Source: an uncultured Chitinophagales bacterium (GTDB lineage: Bacteria; Bacteroidota; Rhodothermia; Balneolales; HLUCCA01). From it: a DNA stretch of 64,000 nt. Made by a program: the position numbers and the translations under genes. The notes under the pieces were generated by a model that searched no databases, was not told the origin of the DNA, and saw nothing but the letters and a program-made list of their open reading frames with translations. Shown piece after piece: positions 37,591-46,808 of this stretch. How positions within the stretch are numbered: position 1 is the first letter of the stretch; each line of letters opens with the position of its first letter. Location of the stretch: contig CAZDYD010000004.1 of assembly GCA_964509715.1 (NCBI GenBank), positions 952 to 64,951 on the forward strand, given 5' to 3'.

Positions 37591-38865
37591 GTGGACGAAG
37601 GTAAAGAGATCAAAGAGCAACATCATTTGGATGGAGATCGCATCGGAAAGGGAAGCCGATTTCCTTATCCCGATCCATATCATTTGAGTGGACGACAGCG
37701 CCATAGTGAACATGAACCTCTTCAGGATCTGTCAGGCAAGACGCTTACTAAACATATACTCTTGTTTCTGCTTACTGTAATCACGGTTTCTGAACGAGGT
37801 ATTGCTTTTGTGGGGCGTTTTGCAGTCGCAGAATCATTTTGGGATCTCATGCTGGATGGATTACTCTTCGCAACGCTGTTACTCTTGTTCTTGGGGACAC
37901 ACGAATTTGGTCATTATTTCGCGTCCGTGAGACATCGTATTAGGACGTCGCTTCCCTACTTCATTCCTTTACCGTTTCTATTTATCGGTACTTTCGGAGC
38001 GGTGATCAAAATCAAAGAACCAGTTACAGATAGTCGAAAGCTATTTGATATTGGAATTGCGGGACCCATTGCCGGATTTGTTGTCTCGATAGTCATTTTG
38101 ATCGTAGGCTTTTTGACCATGCCTGGTCCTGAATACATCCATAATTTTCCGGGTCACGACTCAGTACAGCAATATGTGGATACATTTGGTGAATATCCCG
38201 AGGTGCCGATGTCTGATGGCGAGATTCCTGAAATCATGGTCTTGGGGAACACCATCCTATTTGGGTTTTTAGCCTCATTTTTTGAGGATGTACCTCCTAT
38301 GTGGGAAATGTATCACTATCCGTTTTTATTTGCTGGCTGGCTGGGTTTGTTCTTTACGGCCCTGAATTTGATGCCGGTGGGGCAGCTTGATGGGGGACAT
38401 ATATTGTATTGTCTTATCGGGTATAAGAGACACAGAATATTTGCCAGGCTGTTTTATGTGGCTTTGGTTTCGCTTGCCGGGGTTGGCGTGGTACCCGTTT
38501 TGCATACATTATTGGAGGGATATGATAATTCATATGCAACGCTAAGCTGGTCCCTTTGGGGACTGGCCATCCTGGCTATGTTCGGTCGTGCGATGCAAGG
38601 TGATTGGAAATGGATTCTCCCGGCCTGGATTGTGGCATTTAGTGGTGCATTGGCGGGTGTATATCTGTTCGTGGGGATGAATCCAGCAGCGGGTTACCTG
38701 ATTTGGTTTGTTTGGTCCATGTTCCTTTTGTTCCTGGTCGGGATCGAACATCCACCTGTTCTTGTCGAAAAACCACTGACTCCCGGAAGAAAAGTGTTGG
38801 GTTGGCTGGCGATGGTCGTTTTTGTGCTATGTATCAGTTTGAGTCCGGTGTTTGTGATCTTTTGA
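37591..38865 (+). CDS. Site-2 protease (M50); start taken at GTG 37591 behind AGGAG
   Basis: HEFGH, GIAGPIAG, LNLMPVGQLDGGHI. Confidence 0.9.
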   Translation: MDEGKEIKEQHHLDGDRIGKGSRFPYPDPYHLSGRQRHSEHEPLQDLSGKTLTKHILLFLLTVITVSERGIAFVGRFAVAESFWDLMLDGLLFATLLLLFLGTHEFGHYFASVRHRIRTSLPYFIPLPFLFIGTFGAVIKIKEPVTDSRKLFDIGIAGPIAGFVVSIVILIVGFLTMPGPEYIHNFPGHDSVQQYVDTFGEYPEVPMSDGEIPEIMVLGNTILFGFLASFFEDVPPMWEMYHYPFLFAGWLGLFFTALNLMPVGQLDGGHILYCLIGYKRHRIFARLFYVALVSLAGVGVVPVLHTLLEGYDNSYATLSWSLWGLAILAMFGRAMQGDWKWILPAWIVAFSGALAGVYLFVGMNPAAGYLIWFVWSMFLLFLVGIEHPPVLVEKPLTPGRKVLGWLAMVVFVLCISLSPVFVIF

Positions 38866-39024
38866 TTTATTAAAAACCACTACTAAAACAGCTGTAAATT
38901 CCTTATTTTACCTGTCTGCGCCCGATTTAACCCAATTTGAAGTTTACGAATATTGGTCAGGGGGACTACATTTCCCCGTGCCCGATAACGACCTCATACA
39001 CATCGAACGATCAAATATCCAATT

Positions 39025-39480
39025 ATGAAATTATTGATAAAAATACTTTTGGTTCTTGCTGTTGTTGTAGCTTTTACGGCCTGTGGTAACACGGGTGAAC
39101 AATCAAGTGACGCACCTGACCAAGGACAGTCGTCTGCAGTAGTGTTCCCTTCAGATTTCGAAAGTCTTTCACTATCAGATCGTGTTCAATTCTACATAGA
39201 GCATAGTTTGTACACCGATGCATTGAACACGTTACGGGGATTGGATGAGAATGATCCTGAAATCAGGAATCTTAAAGTAGCCGCTCATATGACCTATGCA
39301 CTCGAGTTGACCTACGGATCATTGACAGAACAGCGTACCAGAATGCCTGAAGCATTACGACAGTATAGAAGGGTCCTCCAATTGGATCCAGAAAATGAAC
39401 GAGCTAAAGTTGAGATTGAGCAGATCGAGTCAATTTATCGCAGTTTGAATCGAGAAATTCCACAAGGAGTGGCAGAATAG
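39025..39480 (+). CDS. Hypothetical lipoprotein with C-terminal TPR-like helices
   Basis: Lipobox FTA-C; ALRQYRRVLQLDPENERA. Confidence 0.75.
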   Translation: MKLLIKILLVLAVVVAFTACGNTGEQSSDAPDQGQSSAVVFPSDFESLSLSDRVQFYIEHSLYTDALNTLRGLDENDPEIRNLKVAAHMTYALELTYGSLTEQRTRMPEALRQYRRVLQLDPENERAKVEIEQIESIYRSLNREIPQGVAE

Positions 39481-39486
39481 GTTTTC

Positions 39487-39951
39487 ATGGCGAACGAGTC
39501 CAAAAAAGGTCCGATATCGGTACAGAATCGTAAAGCAAGGCATGACTTCCATATCGATAAGACATGGGAGGCTGGGATTGTTTTGCAAGGGACCGAGGTC
39601 AAGTCGCTACGCAAGGGCAATTGCTCCTTTGTTGATTCGTTCGCTTATATGAAAAACGGAGAAATATTCCTGAAGGAATTTTATATCAAGGAATTTGAGC
39701 AAGGGTCGTACAACAATCATGATACCAGACGTGAGCGAAAATTGTTGTTGAATAAAGATGAGATTCAGAAAATTGATAAGGCTATTACACAGAAGGGCTT
39801 TACGTTAGTCCCACTGGCGTTATATTTCAAACATGGAAAAGCGAAAATCGAGATTGGATTGGCCCGTGGAAAGAAAGTGTTTGACAAACGGCAGACACTG
39901 GCTGAAAAAGATGCCAAACGAGAAATTGAACGCAAGATAAAGAACGGTTGA
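39487..39951 (+). CDS. smpB: SsrA-binding protein
   Basis: NRKARHDF, EAGIVLQGTEVKSLR, RKLLL, GLARGKK. Confidence 0.98.
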   Translation: MANESKKGPISVQNRKARHDFHIDKTWEAGIVLQGTEVKSLRKGNCSFVDSFAYMKNGEIFLKEFYIKEFEQGSYNNHDTRRERKLLLNKDEIQKIDKAITQKGFTLVPLALYFKHGKAKIEIGLARGKKVFDKRQTLAEKDAKREIERKIKNG

Positions 39952-40059
39952 TTGTGGGGCGAGGGATGTGATTATCCCAAACAAATAGGGGTGTTTCGAT
40001 AATCGTGTTCTTTAAATGAAATGTGATAAGGTAACTCAACCAACAGCCTTGTTTTTTTC

Positions 40060-40430
40060 TCCCCCAGTTCTGTAAGCCGAATTCTGTATCTGAAATGAAT
40101 CAGACGGTAATCATTTATCTCGACCTGATGTCGCCACCAGGCTCTAGCAATCTACCCGACAGCGTCACGACGGACGGCGCATACTGTCTGCTTGATCTTG
40201 CACCCCGTGAGGTTTACATTGCACACAATGTCACCATTGTGCCGGTGGGCTCTTACCCCACCATTTCACCCTTACCTGACTGAATAAATCCAGATCAGGC
40301 GGTATACTTTCTGTTGCACTATCTGTCTTCCGGCAAGCCGGAAGCCTACCCGTTAGGTAGCACGGAGTCCGTTGGTGTTCGGACTTTCCTCCCTGACTAT
40401 ACGTCAGAGCGATTACCCGAAAAGGGGGAG
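40060..40430 (-). ncRNA. rnpB: RNase P RNA (type A); ends approximate
   Basis: Minus strand contains GAGGAAAGTCC, AGTGCAACAGAAAG, GGGTAAGAGCCCACC and ACAGAATTCGGCTTAC (P4 halves and conserved regions). Confidence 0.95.
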
Positions 40431-40502
40431 AAAAAAACAAGTGTGGTACCTGGGATTAAAAGGGTGGGAAAGGTGATCCAAAGCCTTCCCACGCTAAAAA
40501 TA

Positions 40503-41237
40503 TCAGATGGCCAATTCTTGTTTGGCGTTATCAAAGAACTCTGAATCTACAACGATTCGGCCAGAATTTTCGTCTATCACGATTTTGGACATTTTTCTGA
40601 CTTCCAATTGCACTTGTGGAGGTAGCATCATACCCAGGCAAGAACCTTTTTCCATTGCAACCACAGCTAAGCCATTCGCCAGACCATTTCTCAGTCGCTC
40701 ATAGCTACGAAGGTATCTCGGTTCGATTTTGGAAGTGGCTTCAGTTCGTTTTTCAACAAGCATGGCTTCTTCGTTCTTTGTGTTTTCAACAACTTCGTCG
40801 AGATTGCTTTTTTTGTCGTCGAGTACTGCTTCCAGTTTTTCGAGTTCCACTTTGAGCACTTTCAACTCGTTACCTGCTTCACTCAGGATGATTTCGATTT
40901 CTTCGAGTCTGGAGCGGTTGTTCTCGGTGGACTGCTTCTGGGCTTCGATTTCCTTGGTCAATGCATCGTACTCGCGATTGTTACGAACAGACATTTGCTG
41001 TGCTTCGTACTTGCTAACGAGTGTATGTGAATCCTGGATCTCGATTCCGAGGTTGGTACGTTCTTTTTGAAGTTCAACTTCTTGAACTTCAAGTCGTACG
41101 ATTCGGTTTCTCGTGCGATCTATCTCGTACTCGATGTCCAGTATTTCTTCGGGCAAGTCGCCACGAAGTCGTTTGAGTTCGTCAATCCTGGAGTCGATAT
41201 ACTGCAGATTTACAAGACTTTGAATCACTTCTTTCAT
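40503..41237 (-). CDS. Coiled-coil protein of the C4 zinc-ribbon (DUF164/CT398-like) family with degenerate zinc ligands
   Basis: Long heptad region, VRNNREYDALTKEIE, YERLR...AVVAM, PPQ, GRIV; only one Cys remains. Confidence 0.85.
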   Translation of the reverse strand: MKEVIQSLVNLQYIDSRIDELKRLRGDLPEEILDIEYEIDRTRNRIVRLEVQEVELQKERTNLGIEIQDSHTLVSKYEAQQMSVRNNREYDALTKEIEAQKQSTENNRSRLEEIEIILSEAGNELKVLKVELEKLEAVLDDKKSNLDEVVENTKNEEAMLVEKRTEATSKIEPRYLRSYERLRNGLANGLAVVAMEKGSCLGMMLPPQVQLEVRKMSKIVIDENSGRIVVDSEFFDNAKQELAI

Positions 41238-41240
41238 AGG

Positions 41241-42071
41241 TTACGATCGGATGGTTTTTTGTGTGTTTGAGGAGTTAAGCTCTGATGCAATGTGAACTTT
41301 CATCGGATTGGTAATTACGGATGAAGTCTTGATCAAAATGTCGTTAAATACTTCTTTTAATCTTTTTGTAAGATAGTCGGCAATGTGAATCTCTGTTTCG
41401 AAATGACCCGCATCCACTTTTAACATTTCAGGAAAATCGAAATATTCGTGATACTTGATGTCAGCCGTCACAAAAGCGTCGGCTTGTTTTGCGAATGCAA
41501 CGCTCGCCAGAGATATACCTGTCCCACCACAGACCGCTACACGTGAGATCGTTTGTTTTGATCCGGCGAATCGTATAGCAGGGGTGTTCAGTGCAGCACA
41601 GATCATGTTCAGAAAGTCGGGACGACTATGCGGTGTGCTAAGTGATCCGATTACCCCATATCCATGAGTTTGGTCATCGTCATTCCAGGTCAAAAATTCC
41701 TGCGAAGTGAGTCCAATGCGGTCAGCCAAAACAAACGAAACACCATCTTGAGCGGCGTCAAGGTTGGTATGCACAGCAAGTACGGCAATATTGTTTTGGA
41801 TGAGGCGATATAGAAGGGATCCGTGGTCGGTATCTGGATCGATGCGTTGAATTTTGCGGAAGATGACCGGATGATGGGCTACAATGAGGTTGCAATCGTT
41901 TTCGATGGCTTCATCCACAACAGCATCTGTTATATCGAGGCAGGTGAGGATGCCGGTTAAGGCTGAGTTTTTAGATCCGATAAGGAGACCGGAGTTGTCA
42001 TATTCTGCCTGGGTTGAGAAAGGGGCCCAGGACTCGATAAAATCAGAAATATGCCGGACTTGTTTACTCAT
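41241..42071 (-). CDS. Nif3-like dinuclear metal-centre protein
   Basis: YDNSGLLIG, AHHPVIF, HTNLDAA, VAVCGGTG, TADIKYH, DAGHFETE. Confidence 0.95.
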   Translation of the reverse strand: MSKQVRHISDFIESWAPFSTQAEYDNSGLLIGSKNSALTGILTCLDITDAVVDEAIENDCNLIVAHHPVIFRKIQRIDPDTDHGSLLYRLIQNNIAVLAVHTNLDAAQDGVSFVLADRIGLTSQEFLTWNDDDQTHGYGVIGSLSTPHSRPDFLNMICAALNTPAIRFAGSKQTISRVAVCGGTGISLASVAFAKQADAFVTADIKYHEYFDFPEMLKVDAGHFETEIHIADYLTKRLKEVFNDILIKTSSVITNPMKVHIASELNSSNTQKTIRS

Positions 42072-42252
42072 ACCCCTTGTCGGAACACCCCTTTCATTTG
42101 AGTGTACGGTCGGGGATTTTTAAAATCCCACCTGAATCGCTTGATATTTTTTGTAAATTCAGGGATACGAAAAAACTCTAAATATGAATCTGAATTTTGC
42201 AGAGAAACGTAATATACGAGTTTTCAGCAATATAATAAACATTATTTAATCA

Positions 42253-42972
42253 ATGATTTCCCAATATGCCTCTGGATTAAAAGACCGATGGAATCGGGTG
42301 TTGATGGATATTCGGTCGGCTGCGTTAAATGCAGGACGATCGTCCGATGAAATTACATTGGTTGCCGTAAGTAAAACCCATCCCTTTGAAAGCATCAAGT
42401 TATTGCATGGATTCGGACAGTTGCATTTTGGTGAGAACAGGGTACAGGAACTGGTCCCAAAGATGGAATCCGGAGGGGAATTGGCAACCGGTACTCAGAT
42501 CAAATGGCACATGATCGGTACTCTTCAAACCAATAAGATCAAATACTTGGCGAGTCGGGTCGACTGGATACATTCCGTTCCAAAACTAAAAGCACTTGAA
42601 GAGATCGATCGTCGGGCCGCTGAACATGGGCGTAGCATCAATACATTGATCCAGGTGAACATCAGCGATGAGGAACAAAAAAGTGGATGTGATCCGGACG
42701 ATTTGAAAGAGTTGTTACTGGAGAGCCGGTCATTCAAGCATCTCAAGTTGTGTGGACTCATGGGTATGGCTTCTTTGGAGGCAGATCCAGAGGTGGTGAG
42801 ACCACAGTTCAGGTTATTACGGGAGCTTCGGGATATGTATACCGGACTGAATGATGGTGCTCTGCACTTAAACGAATTGTCGATGGGTATGTCGCATGAC
42901 TTATCGGTAGCGATAGAAGAAGGGGCGACCATGGTGAGAATTGGTACAGCAATTTTTGGAGAAAGAGAATAA
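42253..42972 (+). CDS. yggS: PLP homeostasis protein YggS
   Basis: LVAVSKTH, FGENRVQE, WHMIGTLQTNK, LSMGMSHD, VRIGTAIFG. Confidence 0.96.
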   Translation: MISQYASGLKDRWNRVLMDIRSAALNAGRSSDEITLVAVSKTHPFESIKLLHGFGQLHFGENRVQELVPKMESGGELATGTQIKWHMIGTLQTNKIKYLASRVDWIHSVPKLKALEEIDRRAAEHGRSINTLIQVNISDEEQKSGCDPDDLKELLLESRSFKHLKLCGLMGMASLEADPEVVRPQFRLLRELRDMYTGLNDGALHLNELSMGMSHDLSVAIEEGATMVRIGTAIFGERE

Positions 42973-43050
42973 AATTCTTGCCACTTTTTTATATAATTTG
43001 CGTATTCTAAGCTATGTAACTAATAAGATTAAAATAATTTAGGTGTAGCG

Positions 43051-43362
43051 ATGGGTCTGTGGACAATGATAGCGGTAATCGTGGTTGCCGCAACAATCGG
43101 CGAAGTATTGAAATCTTATTTCAAGTCGAAAGATAGGGCTGAGAAAGTAGATGGCCAGCTAAAGGATCGCTTTCAGAGATATGAAAGTGAGCTTGAGGCA
43201 CTTCGCAAGCGTGTTAGAAATCTTGAAGCTATCGCGGCAACCTCCCCTGATGAATTTTCAGGACAGAATATGGCCGACGCCGATAGTTTTGACTTCGAAT
43301 CTGAAGATGAATTCAATGAAAAGTTGATCAATCAACTTGCCAAGAAAAAGACAAATAGCTAA
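43051..43362 (+). CDS. Small single-TM protein, PspB-like
   Basis: N-terminal TM, then a coiled coil ending RVRNLEAIA. Confidence 0.55.
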   Translation: MGLWTMIAVIVVAATIGEVLKSYFKSKDRAEKVDGQLKDRFQRYESELEALRKRVRNLEAIAATSPDEFSGQNMADADSFDFESEDEFNEKLINQLAKKKTNS

Positions 43363-43377
43363 TCCCAATACACTACT

Positions 43378-43710
43378 ATGGACGGACCTGAGTTTGTAAT
43401 CGCTGCAATTGCCATCCTTGGTGGAATTGGGCTTACTGCGTACATTTTTGGAAGTATTTTCAAGTTGATCAGAACCGCAATCGAATCAAGAGGGAAAAAG
43501 GAATTACCTTCGGATGTGGTCAGTATGAAGGAATTCATTGAGTATAAACTAAAAGTTGAAAAGCGTATCCAAACGCTGGAAGCCATCGTGGTAGACCAGG
43601 ATTTAATTGACCAAAGGAAGTTGCGAGAGTCGGGTAACATGATTGATATCGATAAAGATGATACCATCGATGATGTTAAAGGACTTAAGAATAGTTTGAG
43701 GGATAGGTAA
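43378..43710 (+). CDS. Small single-TM protein, PspB-like (second copy)
   Basis: N-terminal TM, then a coiled coil ending RIQTLEAIVVD. Confidence 0.55.
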   Translation: MDGPEFVIAAIAILGGIGLTAYIFGSIFKLIRTAIESRGKKELPSDVVSMKEFIEYKLKVEKRIQTLEAIVVDQDLIDQRKLRESGNMIDIDKDDTIDDVKGLKNSLRDR

Positions 43711-43801
43711 TTGAGCGTACTGTTCTCTTTTCTCATACCTAATGACCAAAAAAATCGTTAACTTAGAACATTCATTTTATCCAGTTAATGAAACTATAGG
43801 C

Positions 43802-44407
43802 ATGAAACTTACCGCTCTTGAGATCAAACAACAGAATTTCGAAAAATCTTTACGGGGTTATGATGTTGGAGAGGTGACGGCGTTCCTGAATGTCGTAGCC
43901 AATGAGTGGGAACACCTTGTGGGTAAAAATCGTGATCTTGAACGCGATATTGAGCAGTACAAAGAGAAACTGAAGCACTATGAAAAGGTCGAAGACGCCT
44001 TGCACGAAACGTTGCAAACAGCGCGGGAATCGGCTGAACAGAAATTGTCTGCTGCCAAAGATGAGGCGAAAAACAGGATCATGAAAGCCGAAATGGAGGC
44101 TGAAAACGTACTTAGGGAAGCCAATCAGAAAAGACATCAGGTTCGACAAGAAATCCTTGCACTTTTGAATCGTCGTGATGAAATAGTTCGAGGCATGAGG
44201 TCTTATCTTGACCTTGCCCAAGAATCACTTAATGGATTTACCCGAGACGAAGCCGGAATTTTCAATCTGCCACCAAACTCGGATGATTACAACCAGAATA
44301 GACTTTTGCCAAAAACAGAATTGCCTGCAAAGGATAATTCCCGGATCATCTCATCCGGAATTGCCGATGTCGACGATCTCGACGAAATTATAGACAAACT
44401 CGATTAA
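43802..44407 (+). CDS. divIVA: DivIVA domain protein; start taken at ATG 43802
   Basis: [29 protein letters not shown] followed by a coiled coil. Confidence 0.9.
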   Translation: MKLTALEIKQQNFEKSLRGYDVGEVTAFLNVVANEWEHLVGKNRDLERDIEQYKEKLKHYEKVEDALHETLQTARESAEQKLSAAKDEAKNRIMKAEMEAENVLREANQKRHQVRQEILALLNRRDEIVRGMRSYLDLAQESLNGFTRDEAGIFNLPPNSDDYNQNRLLPKTELPAKDNSRIISSGIADVDDLDEIIDKLD

Positions 44408-44429
44408 CACGAATTACCAGCATTATTTC

Positions 44430-45266
44430 ATGACATACGAAACTGTAGCAGAATTCAGAAAAAAAAGATCTGAAGCATTAGAGTTTATTCAATCAAAAAC
44501 AGCCCTGCGCCCTGAGTATATCATCATACTGGGTACAGGATTGGGTCGCCTGGCCGAGCAGATCACTGTTGAATGCAGTATATCTTACACAGAAATACCA
44601 CATTTTCCGGTTTCAACTGTTGAAAGTCATGCCGGACGACTGCTGTTTGGTGAATTGGGTGGAAAGAAAGTGGTTGCCATGCAGGGACGCTTTCACTACT
44701 ACGAGGGTTATACCATGCAACAGATTGTTTTCCCACTTCGTGTCCTGAAGGAAAATGGAGCACACACCCTTCTCGTTTCAAATGCATGTGGTGGGATGAA
44801 CCCGAATTTCCAGCGCGGCGATATTATGTGCATCACCGATCATATCAATCTACTTGGAGACAATCCACTGATTGGTCCGAACGACAACGACCTGGGTCCA
44901 CGTTTCCCAGACATGAGTGAGCCTTATACTCGGGAATTGATTGAATTGGCAGAACGCGTGGCATTGGACAATGGTATAAAAATGCATCAGGGTGTGTACG
45001 TTGCAGTCACGGGACCTAATCTGGAAACCCGTGCTGAGTACCGTTTCTTGCGTCAAATCGGTGGCGACGTGGTTGGAATGAGTACTGTACCTGAAGTAAT
45101 TGCAGCGATACACATGGGTATGAAAACTCTTGGAATTTCTGTGATCACAGATGAGTGCTTCCCTGACGCACTTGAACCTGTCGAAATGAAACACATTCTG
45201 GAGGCCGCAGATATGGCCGAACCTAAAATGACGCAAGTCATGATTGGTACCCTCGAAAGACTTTGA
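44430..45266 (+). CDS. punA: Purine nucleoside phosphorylase (trimeric type)
   Basis: [44 protein letters not shown]. Confidence 0.95.
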   Translation: MTYETVAEFRKKRSEALEFIQSKTALRPEYIIILGTGLGRLAEQITVECSISYTEIPHFPVSTVESHAGRLLFGELGGKKVVAMQGRFHYYEGYTMQQIVFPLRVLKENGAHTLLVSNACGGMNPNFQRGDIMCITDHINLLGDNPLIGPNDNDLGPRFPDMSEPYTRELIELAERVALDNGIKMHQGVYVAVTGPNLETRAEYRFLRQIGGDVVGMSTVPEVIAAIHMGMKTLGISVITDECFPDALEPVEMKHILEAADMAEPKMTQVMIGTLERL

Positions 45267-45314
45267 CCAAACAGTTGAAAATCTACGTGCTACATCAAAT
45301 TCAGGATCATCTCT

Positions 45315-46145
45315 ATGCAACCTTTTGAAGACGAGATCTGGAACGAACGACAGTGGGAGCAACATCTCAGTGAGATGGAGGATAAAAGCGAAAAGTTGCG
45401 CACCTACATCGAAACCAACCTGGGAGAGCAAACTCCGAGATGGTCAAGGTTCCTGAACGGATTTCAATCCAAATTGGATGCCATTGACGCGTATATTGAG
45501 GATGAACTCATGTTTGAGGACGCGTATTTCCCAGATGATGAAGATGACTGGGATGATGAGGACGATGAGATCGATGACTTTTTCATGAGTGCCGAGGAGT
45601 CTGAAGAGGATGAAGACATGGAAGACGGAGAAGAGTGGAAAAAGGGTCTTGATGCAGAATATTTCAAGGATTCTCTGGATTTCAACACAGGTGAGGGTGG
45701 AGAAGATATCGCTACTTGGATCGCCAATGAAATTCTGAATGAATCTGAAGAAGCGGTTGAAATGCAGCTTTATGATGAGGCAAGAGAGCTTGCAGCAGAT
45801 ATGTTGCGACTGGCTGAAATCGTTCCAAAAGAAGAACAGGAACCCAAGTTTGTTGAATTTATCACCGGAATGGTCAACGTGAGTTCACGTATAGCCGGTG
45901 CCTTTGCCTTCGGATTTGATTTGGATGTCCTTGGAGGTAATATTGCCTATTGTCGTCGTGCACTAAATCACGCAAACCAGGTACTTGAACTGCTTCAGGA
46001 GCTGAAAGACAGGCCATTCATCCGATTCATAGATTATGAAGCCCTACACGAACGTGTTTTTGACCTTAGAAATGATCTCGGAGTTCATATTCAGGAACTT
46101 CGGGAAGAGCTCAACGAAGGACTAAAAGGCAATACGGACGTTTGA
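45315..46145 (+). CDS. Hypothetical very acidic protein with C-terminal helical bundle
   Basis: 276-aa ORF with D/E tracts; helical C-terminus. Confidence 0.8.
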   Translation: MQPFEDEIWNERQWEQHLSEMEDKSEKLRTYIETNLGEQTPRWSRFLNGFQSKLDAIDAYIEDELMFEDAYFPDDEDDWDDEDDEIDDFFMSAEESEEDEDMEDGEEWKKGLDAEYFKDSLDFNTGEGGEDIATWIANEILNESEEAVEMQLYDEARELAADMLRLAEIVPKEEQEPKFVEFITGMVNVSSRIAGAFAFGFDLDVLGGNIAYCRRALNHANQVLELLQELKDRPFIRFIDYEALHERVFDLRNDLGVHIQELREELNEGLKGNTDV

Positions 46146-46649
46146 TCAATCTACACTGAAATCCTGATTGAACGGATTGTTCCCGAATCCTTCTGTAATT
46201 TTGATAAATCCATGGTCGGTTGCCGCATGGCAAGCGTTACAAGCCTGAATCAGTACACTATATCGACTTCGGATTAAATTCCAGTCTCCCGAATCAAAGG
46301 CGTCCTCCAGAGATTCAATGACAGGAATCATGAATCCAGAAGCCAAGTCCGAGATGGGGAATCCATCGTACTCATCGATCGTTTCAATCAGTTCCTCGAT
46401 GCCCTCTTCAAGCTCATGATGGTAAAAATCGACCGATTCTGTGTTCTGAGCTTCTATTGATAGTCCCAGTTTATGTGTCCATTGTTGGATAAAATGCATC
46501 TGAAGCGCCAGTCCGGGAGCATACCCTGAATGATGTCTCTCATCGAGCGATTGTTGTTGATATCCAGTTTCGGAATCTTGACAAGAAAGTAAGGCAATCG
46601 AGATAAAAGTAATCAAAATAATGATAAATGTAGGGTGCGTTGGTCTCAT
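46146..46649 (-). CDS. Putative monoheme c-type cytochrome lipoprotein (cytochrome c'-like topology)
   Basis: Lipobox LLS-C; helical body; single C-terminal CNACH heme motif. Confidence 0.7.
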   Translation of the reverse strand: MRPTHPTFIIILITFISIALLSCQDSETGYQQQSLDERHHSGYAPGLALQMHFIQQWTHKLGLSIEAQNTESVDFYHHELEEGIEELIETIDEYDGFPISDLASGFMIPVIESLEDAFDSGDWNLIRSRYSVLIQACNACHAATDHGFIKITEGFGNNPFNQDFSVD

Positions 46650-46808
46650 AAGTTTACAATATTTGTGATATCCCTTTCAATTGTTAGCAATCACACGTTC
46701 GTTGCTTTTATCAGGTCAAATGTGTGATTATTTTTAAATGTAAGTAAAAACGGGCCAATATGTTCATCAAATGTGAGCGAGTCCTGAATCAATTTAAGTA
46801 TAAAGAGT

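Noticed and set aside
38955-38993. Small nested hairpin GGTC-GGGG...CCCC-GACC upstream of the TPR lipoprotein
   Set aside because: Stems are only 4 bp and match no riboswitch or ribozyme core I know.
39487-40440. tmRNA (ssrA) expected next to smpB
   Set aside because: The adjacent RNA carries RNase P signature motifs; no tRNA-like ends or tag ORF were seen.
44850-45431. 193-aa antisense ORF
   Set aside because: Overlaps punA and the acidic gene on the opposite strand; shadow.
45315-46145. Diversity-generating retroelement, suggested by the Avd-like helices
   Set aside because: No reverse transcriptase and no TR/VR repeat pair with adenine-specific mismatches were seen.
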